A stretch of DNA of 64,000 nt from Centroscyllium fabricii (taxonomy: Eukaryota), in the NCBI GenBank assembly GCA_051313645.2, contig JBNRSN020000004.1:317750001-317814000 (forward strand), given 5' to 3'. This document shows positions 1-13,670 of this stretch, piece by piece. The notes beneath the pieces were generated by a model. That model was not told where the DNA came from. It did not search any database and worked only from the letters and a program-made list of their open reading frames with translations. Position 1 is the stretch's first letter; the number at the start of each line of letters is the position of its first letter. The translations under genes were made by a program, and so were the position numbers.

Positions 1-1040
1 TCCTTTTTGTCTGTCCTTCCTAAATGTTGAGTACCCTGGAACATTCAGTTCCTGGCTTTGGTTACCCTGCAACCATGTCTCTGTAATGGCAATTACATCA
101 TACCCATTTACTTCCATTAGTGCCATTAATTCATCCACCTTGTTGTGAATGCTGCATGCATTTAGATAAAGTGCCTTCAACTTTGCCTGTTAAATATTTT
201 TCTGCACTTTGACACTCTTTACTGTCGGCCTTTGTTTATGCTCCCTACTAGTTAATCTGACGACCTTTCTAACTTGCACTTCCAGCTTTGTTTCTCTCTG
301 TTCTGGGCCCACACTTGGGTTCCCAGCCCTCTTAAAATCTAGTTTAAATCCTTCCCAACAGCACTAGCAACCCCCCCCCCCTGCGAGGATATTGGTCCTG
401 GTTCTACCGAGGTGTAACCCGTCCAGCCTGTACAGGTTCCACCTTCCCCAGAATCAGTGCCAATGCCTCAGGAATTTAAATCCCTCTCTCCTACACCATT
501 TCTCCAGCCACACATTCATCTGGTCTGTTCTCCTATTTCTGCTCTCACTAGCACGTGGCACTGGGAGTAATCCTGAGATTACTACCTTTTTGGTCCTGCT
601 TTTTAATTTATTTTCTAGCTCCCTATATTCTGCTTGCACGACCTTGTCCTTTTTTCTACCAGTGTCGTTGGTACCGATATGGACCATGACCTCTGGATGT
701 TCACCCTCCCCCTTCAGAATGTCCTGCAGCCGCTCAGTGACTTCCTTGACCCTGGTACCAAGGAGGCAACATATCATCCTGGAATCACGTCTGCGGCCAC
801 AGAAATGTCTATCTGTTCCCTTTACGATAGAATCCCCTATCATTATTGCTCTCCCACGCTCTTTCCTCCCTTCCTGTGCAGCTGAGCCACTCACAGTGCC
901 ACGGACTTGGCTCTTGCTGCATTCCCCTGAGAAACCATCTCCCCCAGCAATATCCAAAACGGAAAATCTGTTGGAGAGGGAGATGAACCTTGGGGACTCC
1001 TGCACTACCTTCCTAGTTCTCATACTCTTCCTAACGCAGA
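1..1040 (-). mobile_element. CR1 LINE 5' part: ORF1 SGNH/GDSL esterase domain followed by the start of the ORF2 AP endonuclease; runs off the window start
   Basis: ORF 454..1098(-) has the GDSIV and VHIGTND esterase blocks, with a premature stop at 454. Positions 1-180(-) translate LKALYLNACSIHNKVDEL..YDVIAITETWL, a CR1 endonuclease N-terminus. Confidence 0.9.
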
Positions 1041-1099
1041 AAAAAGGTTCAAACCATCGTAGGCTAGCCCAGCTCTTCAATGAACAGCTCTGCAACAAA

Positions 1100-1620
1100 T
1101 CGATATGCTTGAACAGGACTTCCTACTGTAGTAAGGTATATAAATGATATGGAAGTCACTGTCTTTAGTAACAATGTCTTAGAGATATGTCACTGGTTTC
1201 AGGAAAATCTCATCATCGATCACCTTGCAGGCATGCAGACGTCTAGCTACCGAAATGGACTCCACTGCAGAATGACTCGGATGCTTTTCGACAAGTGGGT
1301 TAGACAGAAATGATCTCTTGGTAATCTTTTGTAATGAAAGATTGCCAAGATTTTGTTGCAGGAGCTTTCAACGGCCTGTCTGTCTCTTGCAATAGGAATT
1401 TCCTTTATGCTTTTTCTGTTTCCTTTTATACCCAGGATCAAAATATTTGGAGAAAACCACAGGCATCTTAATGACTCCGTACTTGCCATGGAAAACTTGG
1501 GTCCTGGACATCTTAGCAGCAGGATCACTGAACCTTCATGATTTAAGGCTACGGATGGAAAGACAAATATGCCTTAGTGCCCATCAAAGTTTCTAGTTGA
1601 TGGACTGGCTCTTAAGAAGG
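1100..1620 (+). mobile_element. Decayed DIRS-type (tyrosine recombinase) retrotransposon fragment, RNase H and methyltransferase-like region
   Basis: Frame-broken peptides in DIRS order: TVVRYIN, EICHWFQENLIIDHLAG, NERLPRFCCR, FLYAF, ILMTPYLPWKTWVLDIL. Confidence 0.6.
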
Positions 1621-2336
1621 ATCAGACTAATCAAATGAGGTTTCTTTTCTTCCAGTGGAAGAGACCCTCCAAGAGTCTCTATTTACAAAAGGCTAAGAAT
1701 AAAGTAACAGTCAAAAGAATAAAGGAAACTGAACCAAAGTAGTTCATCAGTTGTTATGTATATATTAAAAAGAATCGAAGAAAATACATGATGGAACGGC
1801 CATTTTTAACAATGATGCCACAAACTCAATGAAAACACTGAATTTACTGGGGTGAAAGTCACCCGCTGCTCAGAATAGGGATCTGAGTCATCCATCAAAC
1901 ATTTCCATTTTAGAACCTATAAGAATAAGAGGTGTGTTTATTGGTGCAAGATCATGGATCTGTTCGTGAAAACGTCAGAGGGAGTTTAAAATAGGGAAAT
2001 CCATGATACATTCACGTTGACATTTTCAATAACTGTGAACAGAAGAATGTATACCTCCACAATTTTAACCGGTTGGGGTGTAACAATGCAGCTTTCCTTA
2101 CATAATGAAGGGCTGTCTGCTACTTCATTCTCTTGTCCATCCCTGGAGGAAAGTTAGTCTCCAGATTCACAAGGGGCACTTGGAAGGCTTAAGCATTGAA
2201 CATGCGTAGGTAGAAGAATATTGTCAATTTATCCTTGCAACAACCACTTTTTAGGCCAATATAAGAAGGGTATGTCTGGACATTGTGGAAGATAATACTT
2301 TGTATTATGATTTTTATCTAACCGTTTAGACACCAA

Positions 2337-2972
2337 GGGGGTGAAATTGGGTGCCTTTGTGTCTCCCGTTAGCGCCCCCAGGGGCACTAATGGGACGCAA
2401 ACGGCTTTGTGACCGGACGCGGCGCTAACACCGATTCCCGCCATATTCGGTGGGAGTTTTGCAGCGGCGCTACGGCGTTGTGCCCCAATCTCCTTCGCCC
2501 AAAGATCGTGACATCATCGCCGTGCGCATTGCCCTATTAGTGACCCGGACCCGAAAATACCGACAGTTGCATGAGGCGTGCATCGGGCAGCCGTCCACTT
2601 CGGGGGTGATGATTAAAGGCAAGTTTGAAAAAAAACTTACCTTTCTTGTTCCAGTCTTTTTCTTGGGTTCCTGCCCGCGATCGATTAGCCTGGCACGCTG
2701 CTTGAGTGCTGGGCTGATCGCATTGGATCACGGCTGCCTTGGTGGTCCAAGTAAGTACTTTTTATATTGCAGAGCCTGCAGCAATGGCCCTTCCCTTTAA
2801 GGGAGGGATGGAGCCTTTGTGCAGCCCAGTGTGCAACGCTGAAGTCTTTGCCCCGCCTGCTGGAGCACAAAACCAAATTATTTTAAAGTTTAGAAACATT
2901 AGCGCCTGGTGCTAATTTTCTCAACTTTTAAAAGTTAGTGCCCCAAACGGGGCTATAATGAATTTCTCCCCC
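2337..2972. mobile_element. GC-rich PIF/Harbinger-type MITE
   Basis: TIRs GGGGGTGAAATT / AATTTCTCCCCC with 3-bp TSD CAA. The left end resembles 44107-44732. Confidence 0.7.
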
Positions 2973-4069
2973 CAAGCATTTCAGTGTAGCTGTGTTCCAG
3001 ATTGGCTCTAACATTGAGCCGATTGAATTCCCACCTCCAATTATTGCATGGCTCAGTATAATTTATCTGTTTGTGGAAGTTGGACAAATAGGGCAGAATG
3101 TAAGATTACCAACTCTAGCTACAGTCTTTCTTCTTTCAACATATTTCAGCCTCCACATGCAAAGCTCCTTACCTTCCAACCATTTGGTCCTCTTTCTGAC
3201 TTTGGAGCAACTTGGAACTTTCATCATTTTCGTGTGTAAGTTACATTCTCTCATTGTTTCTACTTGGTCCTTCTGCTTCTCCTAGTCAAAAGACTAATGT
3301 GTGGCTCAGGGCAGCACATTATATACGGTGGATGTGGGAAAGAACATCTGAACAAGATGGCTGCGGATGGCACAATGTTCTTATAGGGCCAGTGTCCCTA
3401 GGTGGCAATGCCCCTGTTGAATGACTGTGTTCACTTGTATGTGGAGGTTGAAATGCTTTCAAAGAATGAGGGAAATCATACCTATGGTAGGTAGTCTAAT
3501 TTTATCTGTAGGATTAAAGAGGTGATCATGTTGATTAACATGGCATACTTAATTCTGCAAAGTGTGAATTCAGTTATTGTCATGTGCTGGCCGATCAAGA
3601 TCACACATTGTGCTTTTAGTTCTGCCTAAACTTCATATCCTGTAGAATGAAAAATATCTAGCATCCCTGAAGTTAGCCTTAACTTTTAACTGATAACTTG
3701 TTATTGATAGATGAGGATGTTAAATCTGCATGTCGAGTTTCAATGGACAACAGAGACATAACTTTAAAAACTATACATTTCTGATAATCACAAATCTTGT
3801 ACAATATCACTGTGAAAGCACTTTACTCTAATATTGATGTACTGCACTGGAACCCAGTAGATTTGCCAATGGACAGGGGATGGGTGTAACTGATTCAATG
3901 GATCATTAAATACATTCTGACATGAGGCATTGCACTTGCATGGTTGGGAAGATTCTTGTGCAGAATTTTTACAAACAATCTTTTACAATCAATTGATGCA
4001 CTTCCTTTGAGCCAATTTTCTCCAATTGCCCTTCTGTTGGGATATGGTTCTACAGGCGTTGACCACCCT

Positions 4070-4445
4070 CTGTAAAACAAACGCTCTTTCGGAGCTCCGG
4101 CACGGCAAGAGAGTCCCAGGTAGGCAGAGGAAACGCTTCAAGGACACCCTCAAAGCCTCCTTGAAAAAGTGTAACATCCCCATTGACACCTGGGAATCCC
4201 TGGCCCAAGACCGCACAAAGTGGAGGAGAAGCATCTGGAAAGGCGCCGAACACCTCGAGTCTCTTCGCCGGGGGCAAGCGCAAGGAGCGCAGGTCAACCC
4301 AAGCACCCCGCCCCTTGAACCACCGTCTGCCCCACCTGTGACAGAGACTGTAGGTCCCACATTGGACTCATCAGTCACCGGAGAACTCATTTTTTATGTG
4401 GAAGCAAGTCATCCTCGGTTCCGAGAGACTGCCTAAGACGACCAC
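4070..4445 (+). mobile_element. RTE/BovB-like LINE 3' end
   Basis: Translates SELRHGKRVPGRQRKRFKDTLKASLKKCNI..WESLAQDRTKWR, typical of the RTE ORF C-terminus. Confidence 0.85.
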
Positions 4446-4740
4446 CCTCTGGTACCTCAACCCAAATGGCCATTTTTTAAATGTATGATCCCAATGACTG
4501 TTGACATTCTATTCAACAGTGGTGGCATCACAGCCGACCCTCTCCTGACATACACATCCACTCACTTTCCAACAGTAATCACAGGATAGCAATCAGGAAC
4601 TGGACAGCGACTGATTTGTGCCCCCACCCCAACTCAAGACACTGAGGCGAGTTATAGCATCCTGCCTGAGATTAGCTAATTTAATACAGACTGGGGATTG
4701 AACTTGGAACCGTCCAGCCTGTATGCTCACCAATAAAGCC
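4446..4740 (-). mobile_element. LF-SINE-like tRNA-derived SINE
   Basis: The reverse complement has a B-box-like GTTCAATCCCC, TTAGCTAATCTC, CCTGATTGCTATCC and TGGCCATTTGGGTTGAGGTACC; these motifs are shared with 14440, 16610 and 38130. Confidence 0.6.
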
Positions 4741-5539
4741 ATAAAGGGAGCACACTTAAAAAAAAAAAAAAAAACTTGCAATCTTGCTGGACTGTAGATT
4801 TTATTATTTTGTCACTGTACACCAGTGACCTTTTCAGCTGTAGTTTATTCCAGTAAAAATTACTTATGATTTATTTACTGTCAAAACCAACTATAAGAAA
4901 CACTTTCTTATTTTTGAATTTAAGAAAAAAATTATATTTGTAAATTATACAATTCATAACATTTTCCTTCAGTCCACAAAAATACTTAAAGGAGCAGTAT
5001 TGGAGTTGTGTTTGAGTTTTTTTCTTAGTGAAGATTCTGGAAGAATTTCTCTGTTTACTGTTTGTAGAAAAATGCTCAACACATATATAAAGAACCTGTT
5101 AACAATTACGCTACAAATACCAAACATAGGAAATATCCCCCACGATGCTATTCCTTTACTTATCACATTTTTAATCTTAGTTTTGGTTTTACTTTTTAAC
5201 CACTGCATTTTTTACTGCAAAGACAAAAGTTGCAACTATTTGCTGGATGGTGGTGCATTTAATTACCTTTTCTGATTTTTGATATATGTGTAATTAGCTG
5301 ATCTCGACAGGGGACGGCAGCTACAATTGGCCTCTGGCCCTAGCTAAGGAGGAGAGATCAGCTAGAATTCTCACTCCTGATCTGTGTTCAGAAATTAAAC
5401 ACTTTCAAACAATTGCGCATGAGGAAAATACCTTTGCCGCCAGTGCTGTGAAATGCATCCTGTAAATGGAGCTACAATTTCTGTAATATTACAGAACCAC
5501 TTCTTAAAGTAGCCCTGTAATATAAAGGGGTCACCAAGA

Positions 5540-6636
5540 CATACCTAGCAGCTGAGGTAAAAACACTTGATAAGTATGATGCATGGAATTAAGGGGAATG
5601 TTACTAAATGGAGAGAAAGATGGTTGGGAGGGAAGAAAGCAAAGGGCAGCATTAAAAGGAAGTTTCTCAGAATGGATAGATGTAGTGAGTGGTGTTCCAT
5701 ATTAGTTTGTATTGGGGTTGCTCTTATTTACTATACATATAAATGATCTGGAATTGAGGGAATACTATTGAAACATGTTGATGACATCAAATTGGATATG
5801 TAAAATTGTGACAACAGGTTGCAAAAGAATGCAGGAGCATATGAGCTAGCAGAGTGGGTAGCTGTAGTACCATGTAGAAAAATGTGAAGTAATGCATTTG
5901 GTTAATAATAGATAAAGCAAATGCATCTTGCATGGAAAGGTTTTAAATAAAGTGGAAGAGGGATTTTAGTATACAGACAGATGCATAGGTCATTAAAGGT
6001 GTCTTCAAAGTAGATAAAGCTATAAAAAGAATCTTTGATTTTGTATCTAGAGGCATAAAATACAAAAGCAAGGATGTGATTCTGAAACTTGTAGAAAATC
6101 TTAATTAGATGGCAGTTGTAATATTGTATTCAGTTTTGGACACCCCATTATAGGAAGGATATAAAACCAATGGAAAAGGCGCAGTGTAGGATGTTACCAG
6201 AGATAAGGGGTTACAATTATGAAGAGATTGGAGAAGTTAGTGTTTTTTTAAACTAGAACTGAGGAGGTTAAGGGGTGCCTTATGGAGGGAGGCCTTTGAG
6301 GTTATGATAGGGTAAATAGATTATTTACATTAGTCAGTGACATATAACAAGAGGGCACACATTTCAGATGATCACAGACGATTAAACGGAAGGTTAGAAA
6401 ACATTTCTCTACACAGAGGGTGCTTTAATGTGGAAATGTCTGTCACAAATTGTTGAAGAAAATTCTATAAATTCTTTTAAAAAGGAGCTAGAGAGTTTCT
6501 TGAAAAAAAGATATTGAGGGGTGTAGCGAGTGATTGGGGAGTGGGATTAGCTTAGGTAGCTCATGTGGAGAAAAATATCAGCACAGACTTGATGGACCAA
6601 ATGGCCTGTTTCTGTGCTATTAACATTCTATGATTT
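5540..6636 (+). mobile_element. Old CR1 LINE, RT C-terminal half and 3' tail
   Basis: Degenerate SGVP/IYINDL/DDIKL and YCIQFW motifs; tail GGACCAAATGGCCTGTTTCTGTGCT...TTCTATGATT. Confidence 0.8.
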
Positions 6637-8356
6637 TGATATTTGCATATAACTTAGGATGTTCACCGACAACTTACTTGCCTTTCATGTATTGTCCTGT
6701 TGAACAGTAGTGAATGAATAACTCTTTCATGTAACAGGTTTCTTAGAAAATGTTTAACCTCTCATTCTTTTTTTCAGTATGTCACCAGGAAGTAATTTTG
6801 TAAAACTGATTTTTGCCTAGGCTATTCCACTATAAAATCGCTTGCTACATTTAGGAATATCTTGCTCCGATTCCTGCAATGCAAATTTAAATTTGTTCGT
6901 GTTTTTGGACAATGCATAAAGTTACTGTTTCCTTTCGCAAAAGATTATCCACATGGGGTTGTAAGAACCAAAAATTCCTTGAGAGAATGCAATGAAAGTG
7001 AGAAACACAGAGCAGTGTGGCCTCTTACTTGAGCTGAAAAGCAAAAATAGTCATCCTAGGAAACTTAATGATGAGTCAGACCAAAATTAGTGTATGACTT
7101 TTTTTAATTGTCAAGAAGTAACTGACCAATAAATCACAATTGTTTCAGTGGTCTTTAATTAAGGCATGCTGCTCATTTAAAATATTGGCATAGAAACCTA
7201 AAAAGAAATGCAAGCCGTAAAGTGTCCCACCTGAATTTTACTGTGTGTGTGTGCACGCTCTCTCAGTTTCTTGTATTTGTTCATCTGTGATGTGCCTGCT
7301 TCAAAAACAGTTTCTGTTCTCATTGGCAATAAGGCATCCTATCATGTTCTGTAGTTTTATGCCAGTGTTGTCGAACACATTTGATCACTAGCCACATGTT
7401 GCTAATTGGGAACCCAGATGTAGTTAATTACATTTCTGATAAGTAAATAAAAAATGAGTAATAGACATTGTCGTTAGGCATGTGATTTCAATACTCATTC
7501 GCGTGTCGTATGCATGTGTACTTTAATGTTTAATGCATTTATTGGTAAAATGATAAGATGAAAAGCAGGGTGAGTGTTTTTTGATTGATGAGTGCGTAAC
7601 TTCCTTGGTTACTGAATGGCAGTAGATGTTTGTAAGAAAATATACACGAAGTACATTTACCCGCATTGTGTGAGTGCATGTAAGGCCTTTTCTACTAAAA
7701 TTAGTGCATGTGGTTAAAATGGTATCACCGTAGCCACACCTGTGGCTAGTCAGCAATTTCTATTGGACAACACTGCTTTATGCACAACTGCTGCCTTTAC
7801 CTTTGTTGTTTGAGTGGTAAAGCATGTATATGTTGGGCATTCTTTGAGTTGGGTATTTTATTGGGTAGAGTAATGGAAAACAAGGAGTCATTACTTGGGT
7901 TCTAATCTTAACTAAGAGTGAGGTCCTGATAGTTTATATAATCACCAGAACCCTTTGATTAGATTGCAGCCTGAAATAAACCATTCCTGTTGTTACAAGT
8001 AATATATACTGAACATTTTGTTAATCTCAAGATCTTCAGCCTTGGCCCAGTGCTTAGAAGTTTCACAATGCTAGTCCATTTTTTTGTGACAAATGATAAT
8101 GTTATTTCTAATCTACCTATTATAGATGATAATGCTTTTTCCAATCCCAACACTTGGTGCACTTCCTGACAACTTGTTCCAGTGTGAGTTCCTATATCCA
8201 CATTTATAATGAAAACTCCTTATGTAAACTTGTTGCACTGTAATTGCACCCTTTCTCCAGTGAATGTGCTGCAACGCCACCACTAGTGGAACAGTATAAT
8301 TACAGATGGACAGGTTTGCTTGGGCAGTTTCTATTATAAATATGAGTATAGGCACT

Positions 8357-8642
8357 TATAGAATCATAGAATAGAATCCCTACAGTGCAGATGGAGGCCG
8401 TTTCGGCCCATCGAGCCTGCACCGGCACACCTGAATCTTAAGAGCCACAGATCTCAGCAAAGCTCCATGCAGGCACGCAATGAATGGCGGAGCAGGCTCG
8501 AGGGGCCGAATGGCCTACTCCCGCTCCTATTTTCTATGTTTCTATATCCCACCCTATCCGTGTAACCCCACATATTTAATCCCCCTAACACTAAGGGTCT
8601 ATTTATCCTGGCCAGTCAACCTAACCCACACATCTTTGGACT
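8357..8642 (-). mobile_element. 5'-truncated HE1-like V-SINE with a single CR1 tail, interrupted by an opposite-strand CR1-tail fragment (~8430-8543)
   Basis: 8545-8642 matches the body of the full copies at 28157 and 54774. 8357-8430 is a CR1-type tail ending in TTCTAT-type repeats on the minus strand. Confidence 0.75.
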
Positions 8643-11069
8643 TATAATGGAACTATAAGGGCAGAATGTATGAACTTAAAATGGGGACTGAATTACATCT
8701 GCAAACCATGGTCCAATGATCCCCTGGCCGCTACCACAGTTCGCCTGAACACTGCACCTGGTCTGGACTCCCCCTGTGCAACATCACAGGAGATCAATTA
8801 GTAATGATGGATGGTTGATGGAAGTTGAAACTGTTTCATGTTATTGTTTGTGGCATCTTAGGGGTCAATTTCCATGTTTGCTCTGCTGGGAGCTTTTCCC
8901 ACCAGTAGCACAAATTGGTGATTCGGGTACATACTAGAGAATTGATTTTGCTGGTCAGAAATTTGTGATCAATGCATGTCTAAATTTACAATTTGCAGTG
9001 CCAGTGCATGAGATTCCCTGCCAGCCATGCAGATTTGTAAAATGTCCCCCCCCACCCCTGTGGTGTTTTTAGTCCTTTGAAACTTAGTAGTAAACTGACT
9101 GCAAAGAAGACTGTGGTAAACTGACTGCAAAGAACACTGATATAACCTTCACAAGGTTATTTAAAGGTGCAGGTCTCTCAGCATCAGCTCCAGTTAGAAA
9201 TATAAATGACCTGAATTATCTTGTTCATGAGCTGCCACGAGATGTGCCAGCTCTGTTTTGTCCGGCCCCTGATGAAGATCAGCATGGGCTGAAAATGTAA
9301 ATGGGGGACAATGGCACTGGAAGGCTGGCACAGCATATGTTTACCAAAAACAGCACTGCGATGTAAATATACCTTAAAGTGCTGTGGAATATTACTATCA
9401 CCAATTGTAGGCGGTCTACAGTGATTGCATTGGAATGCTATGTTCAGTATATATTAGTGATTTATTATCTATCTATATGTATGTATGTGTTCATTAGTTG
9501 TCCTGTCTCTTGATGTAGCTTGTGTACACATCCATCTGTTTTTTCCCCCAATCCTTGTCTGCAGTTTCACAATAAATACTATGAGCACCATGAAGCTGGC
9601 TTTGTTCCTTCTGCCACTACAAATCCAGGGTTCAAAAGTACGTCGAAATCATTTGAAAACAAGCATATCATTTAGAATCGTTTTTTTAAATCTAACAACC
9701 CGAGAAACATGTGTATTGCAAAATGTTGGATGCAGAATATCTTAAGACCATTGCAAATTAAACTGAAGTGGAATAATCCTGTTTGATCCTCCCTGGTGGG
9801 AGAGTTACTGTGACTCTCAATTTGGCTGATTTATCGTTGTACAGATTTGAAGGTTTCATACCTCGTGAGTGACAAGTTGGACTGCGGAAATTATTTTCAA
9901 TATAGCTGAAGATGAACTGATTAAATATGTAGTAGGAAAAATTGGTCACTTTTATATGTGATGTCCAGTAAATTATGCAAAGAACTTTGGGAGCTGTACT
10001 GTTTTTAAAAATGTATACAATGTACATTCCCTTCACTTCCTTTTGACCTCTATGGTTTGCACACTTATTCGGTAAGATTAGTACTTATCCAGCCATAACC
10101 ATTGCATTTTCAAATATGGCTGGGACTTGCCTTACAATGTCAGTTCTGCAGTGGAAATGTTTTACAGACTTACCTATTGAGCCTGAGATTGAAGATTGTA
10201 TGATTTACTCAGAGATGGGAGAGGAGAATAACAGAAGAGAAAAGAAAATTAAGTGAAGAGAAGGAAGTGGAATAGGAAATGGAGCCTGGAAAGAGATAAT
10301 CTAAGGAAATAAAAGTGGTTGGAAGAAGAGAAAAACAACAGTAATGAAACAAAAAACTTAGTTGGAAAAATATTTGTACTTTCCCACCCTTCCTTTTTTT
10401 CCTTTCTTTCCCTTTTGTTTCCCCTTCCCAAAGGTAGCATTAGTTGAGAGAGTGACGATACTAATTTTTGGTTTAAAATGTAACCTGTTTTGATGTATAG
10501 CACCAAAAATAAACTAAGCTCAATATAATTATAAATGAGTTTGCAGTGCAATCACTCCTCCTTGAACGTAATTTTCACTCCTAATATTTTCCAATGTTGA
10601 CGGCTGTTCTCCCTCTCTGTACTTTGCATTCCTCTGAGACACTACATAATTTCCCCTCATACTATCCATGTCTTATTGTCTCCTAACTTTGCTTCACTTT
10701 CTATGTTTGTTTACCCCTCACCCATCTTTTACCTGGCAGGTTCACCTTGTATCACACTTCCATCTTTAGCATTCCTTACCACTCCCACAACTTCACCGTT
10801 GATGTATCTTTAATCCCGAAGCACATTCCTTCTGTTCTTATTCATTACGGTAGGGAAGAAAAGTGTTCTGCAGATGAGAGTATTACATACCATTTAGTGC
10901 CTTAGTTTGGTCTGTGCATTTGTGATTTCAATTATAATGTATGAACTTCTCCAGTGTGTTAGATAATTTAATCACTGGGATCGGGCTTAGAAATCACAGA
11001 CGAATATATATCAATTTAACCTTTGTTTCATGATGGAAGCTCAAAGTCCAGCAAAACATAGAAAGAAAG

Positions 11070-11185
11070 AAGAAAGTCTTGCATTTATTATAGCGTCTTT
11101 CACGACCACCGGACGTCCCAAAGCGCTTTACAGCCAATTAAGTGCTTTTTGAAGTGTAGTCTTTGTTGTAATGTACAAAACATGC
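11070..11185 (-). mobile_element. L2-type SINE/LINE 3' tail fragment
   Basis: Reverse complement of the tail of 13208-13670 (GCTGTAAAGCGCTTTGGGACGTC). Confidence 0.7.
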
Positions 11186-11856
11186 AACATTGACCACAAT
11201 AGTATGAGGGCATGAGGGCAACCTTACAGGAAAAAGTAGTTAACCTATTCTTGGAGCATGGCCAGCGACATCTCTCTCTCTGGAGGTTCAGTGCATCTCC
11301 CCGCCTGGGTGCAGACCCTCTCCCTATATACCTTTTCTTATCACTGCTATGTGACAACTGGCGTATCTACCCATTAAATGATTGTGCCAAAAACAATTCC
11401 ATATAAGGAGAAATTAATAAGCAAACCTATACTTTATCGTTAACCCGGTTAACATATTACTGTAGAATATATCTTCCTTCAGTTGAGCTAACAAGATCAG
11501 TACAATTCTTTTTTCAGTTATCTTATCATGTAGCACATTCTTCCTGCAGTTAACTGTTGTGCAACCAAGTGAATCTGGTGACCATAGTCGGTCTCTAATT
11601 CTGCAATTTAGTACATCAGTTCTAATCTAACGTAGGCAATTATTTTACACATATAAGGTCCAATTAAAAACCTGCCCACTAGGGCACTTTCCCAATTTGG
11701 GGATTAGCTCATACAAGCAACCCAATTATTGTGACCAGTGCTGTAGGGGTCAGTTTCAGTTCAACAGTTTATTGACCTCCATCTTGGGCAAGTGTGTAGA
11801 AAAGTACATTGAGGCTTAAAGGCTATAATCATCATGCTTTGCAAAGAAAAGATTAA

Positions 11857-12645
11857 GGCCAAACTTTTGATGTCCCCATGAGGCGGGGATTTGGGCAGGT
11901 CGGACGGCAAAATAGCAGAACTGGTGGGTCCTGACAGTCTCCCCCCCCCCCCCCCCCCCCACTTGATCCCTGCCGCTTTTCCATTTTCCGCCACCCTGTC
12001 TCCCCGCCCCGAATCTTTCCCGCCGGTGGGGATGGTTGTTAAGCTCATTAAGGGCCCTTAATTGGCATCTGTAATGCCATTTTAAGGGCCCTTAGCAATT
12101 TTCAACCCCTTCCCACCCAAACCCCGCCATCCTAAAACCCCGCTGCTGAAACCCAGCGGAAGCGCAGTGGTCTTGCTAACTTTCTCCTTCAAGGTGTTGA
12201 AGGACCTAGAGCAAAATGCTTCCCAGGCCTTCAACACCCTGGAGGTGTAAGTCACTCCCTTGGGTGAAGACCAGTTGTGGGGAAAAACTTAGAAATCTTA
12301 GCTTCCCAGCTCCATTTACAGCCGGCCCCTAGCTGTCAAAGATTTACAGCCCGCCCGCCCACCTGTCACTCGAGCACTTGGCCTTTCCCATGGGAACTGT
12401 AAACACACAGTCGCCGCAGCTGTCTGACAACCTCCTGGAATCCCTTTTAAGCTCCGTAATTGCCGACTCGACTGATGCAATTACCAGGGCACCCCGCACG
12501 CGGGGATTTAATTGAGCAATTAAAGGAAAATAGCATCTGCTTCCCAGGCCCTTGGGCGGGCGGGAGAGGAACCCGTCCCGACCAATCCCCGCCAGGTTCC
12601 CGCACCTCCAGGAAACACCCCCCCCCCCCCCCCTCCAAAAGTCTA
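11857..12645. mobile_element. GC-rich non-autonomous DNA transposon (MITE-like)
   Basis: Sharp GC island in AT-rich intron, weak terminal inverted similarity (ACTTTTG / CAAAAGT), and AATTG/CTTAAT motifs like the other MITEs here. Confidence 0.45.
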
Positions 12646-13207
12646 CATTACTGCAATATACTTAGTAAACCCATATAAAAATAAAGCATAGCAGCACTAG
12701 ACTAGCTAATTCCATCCAATTACTCAAGTTAGCTGCAGGATCCCTGTTGCTATCCTGATTAACCCTTTCCATTCCATTCTAGCCTATTACGTTCTCAAGT
12801 TATTAATATTTAAGTTATTCATTATTCTATAATGCATGTGCATGATTGTAGCAGCTTAGCTCATTTGATAACACCCTCGCCTCTAATTCAGAATGTTATG
12901 GGTTCAAGCCCACTCCAGAACTTGAGTATGTAAGCTAGGCTGACAAATAATTTAAGAACGTTCATAGCTAAGAAGAAACACAAATAGTGCAACGCACTGA
13001 ACAGGTTCTTTCTGAATTAATGAAGTCAATTGTACTAAAAGTTGTGAAATTTTAGGAGTTCACCAGTTAAAGCTGTCATTTAGAAATGATAAAACCATGA
13101 GCTATTTCTCAGAACTAAAATAACCATACTAACTGGCTACTAGTGAGGCATCCTATTCTTGTCCTTTATCTATTTCTAATTAAAAGAAGTCTTGTCAGCC
13201 ATGTCCG

Positions 13208-13670
13208 GTGTCAGCCATGGCTCAGTGGGTAGCACTCTCGCCTCTGAGTCAGAAGATTGTTGGTTCAATTCCCACTCCAGATACTTGAGCACATAACCTC
13301 ACCTGACACTCCAGCGCAGTATTGGGGGAGTGCTGCACTGTCATAGGTGCTGTCTCTTGGATGAGACGTTTAACCGAGGCCTTGTCTGCTGTCTCAAGTG
13401 GACACAACAGATCCTATGACAATATTTCAAAGGGGAGCAGGGACGTTATTCCCAGAGTCATGGCCAAAATTTATCTCTAATCCAAATCACTAAAACAGAT
13501 TATCCAAACATTAAGCTGCTGCTGTTTGTGGGATCTTGCTGTACGCTAATTGGCTGCTGTGTTTCCTACATCACAACAGTGACTACACTTCAAAAGTACT
13601 TCATTGGCTGTAAAGCGCTTTGGGACGTCATGTGGTTGTGAAAGGCGCTATATAAATGCAGGGCTCCCTT
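13208..13670 (+). mobile_element. DeuSINE (SacSINE1-like): tRNA head, Deu domain, L2 tail
   Basis: A box TGGCTCAGTGG, B box GGTTCAATTCC, Deu core GAGTGCTGCACTGTC..GGATGAGACGTT, tail AGGCGCTATATAAATGCA. A head fragment is also present at ~12850-12945. Confidence 0.8.

Noticed and set aside
392-1147. 251-aa + strand ORF
   Set aside because: Antisense shadow of CR1 ORF1.
9089-9140. 26-bp tandem duplication (GTAAACTGACTGCAAAGAA..)
   Set aside because: Ordinary local slippage duplication with no further structure.
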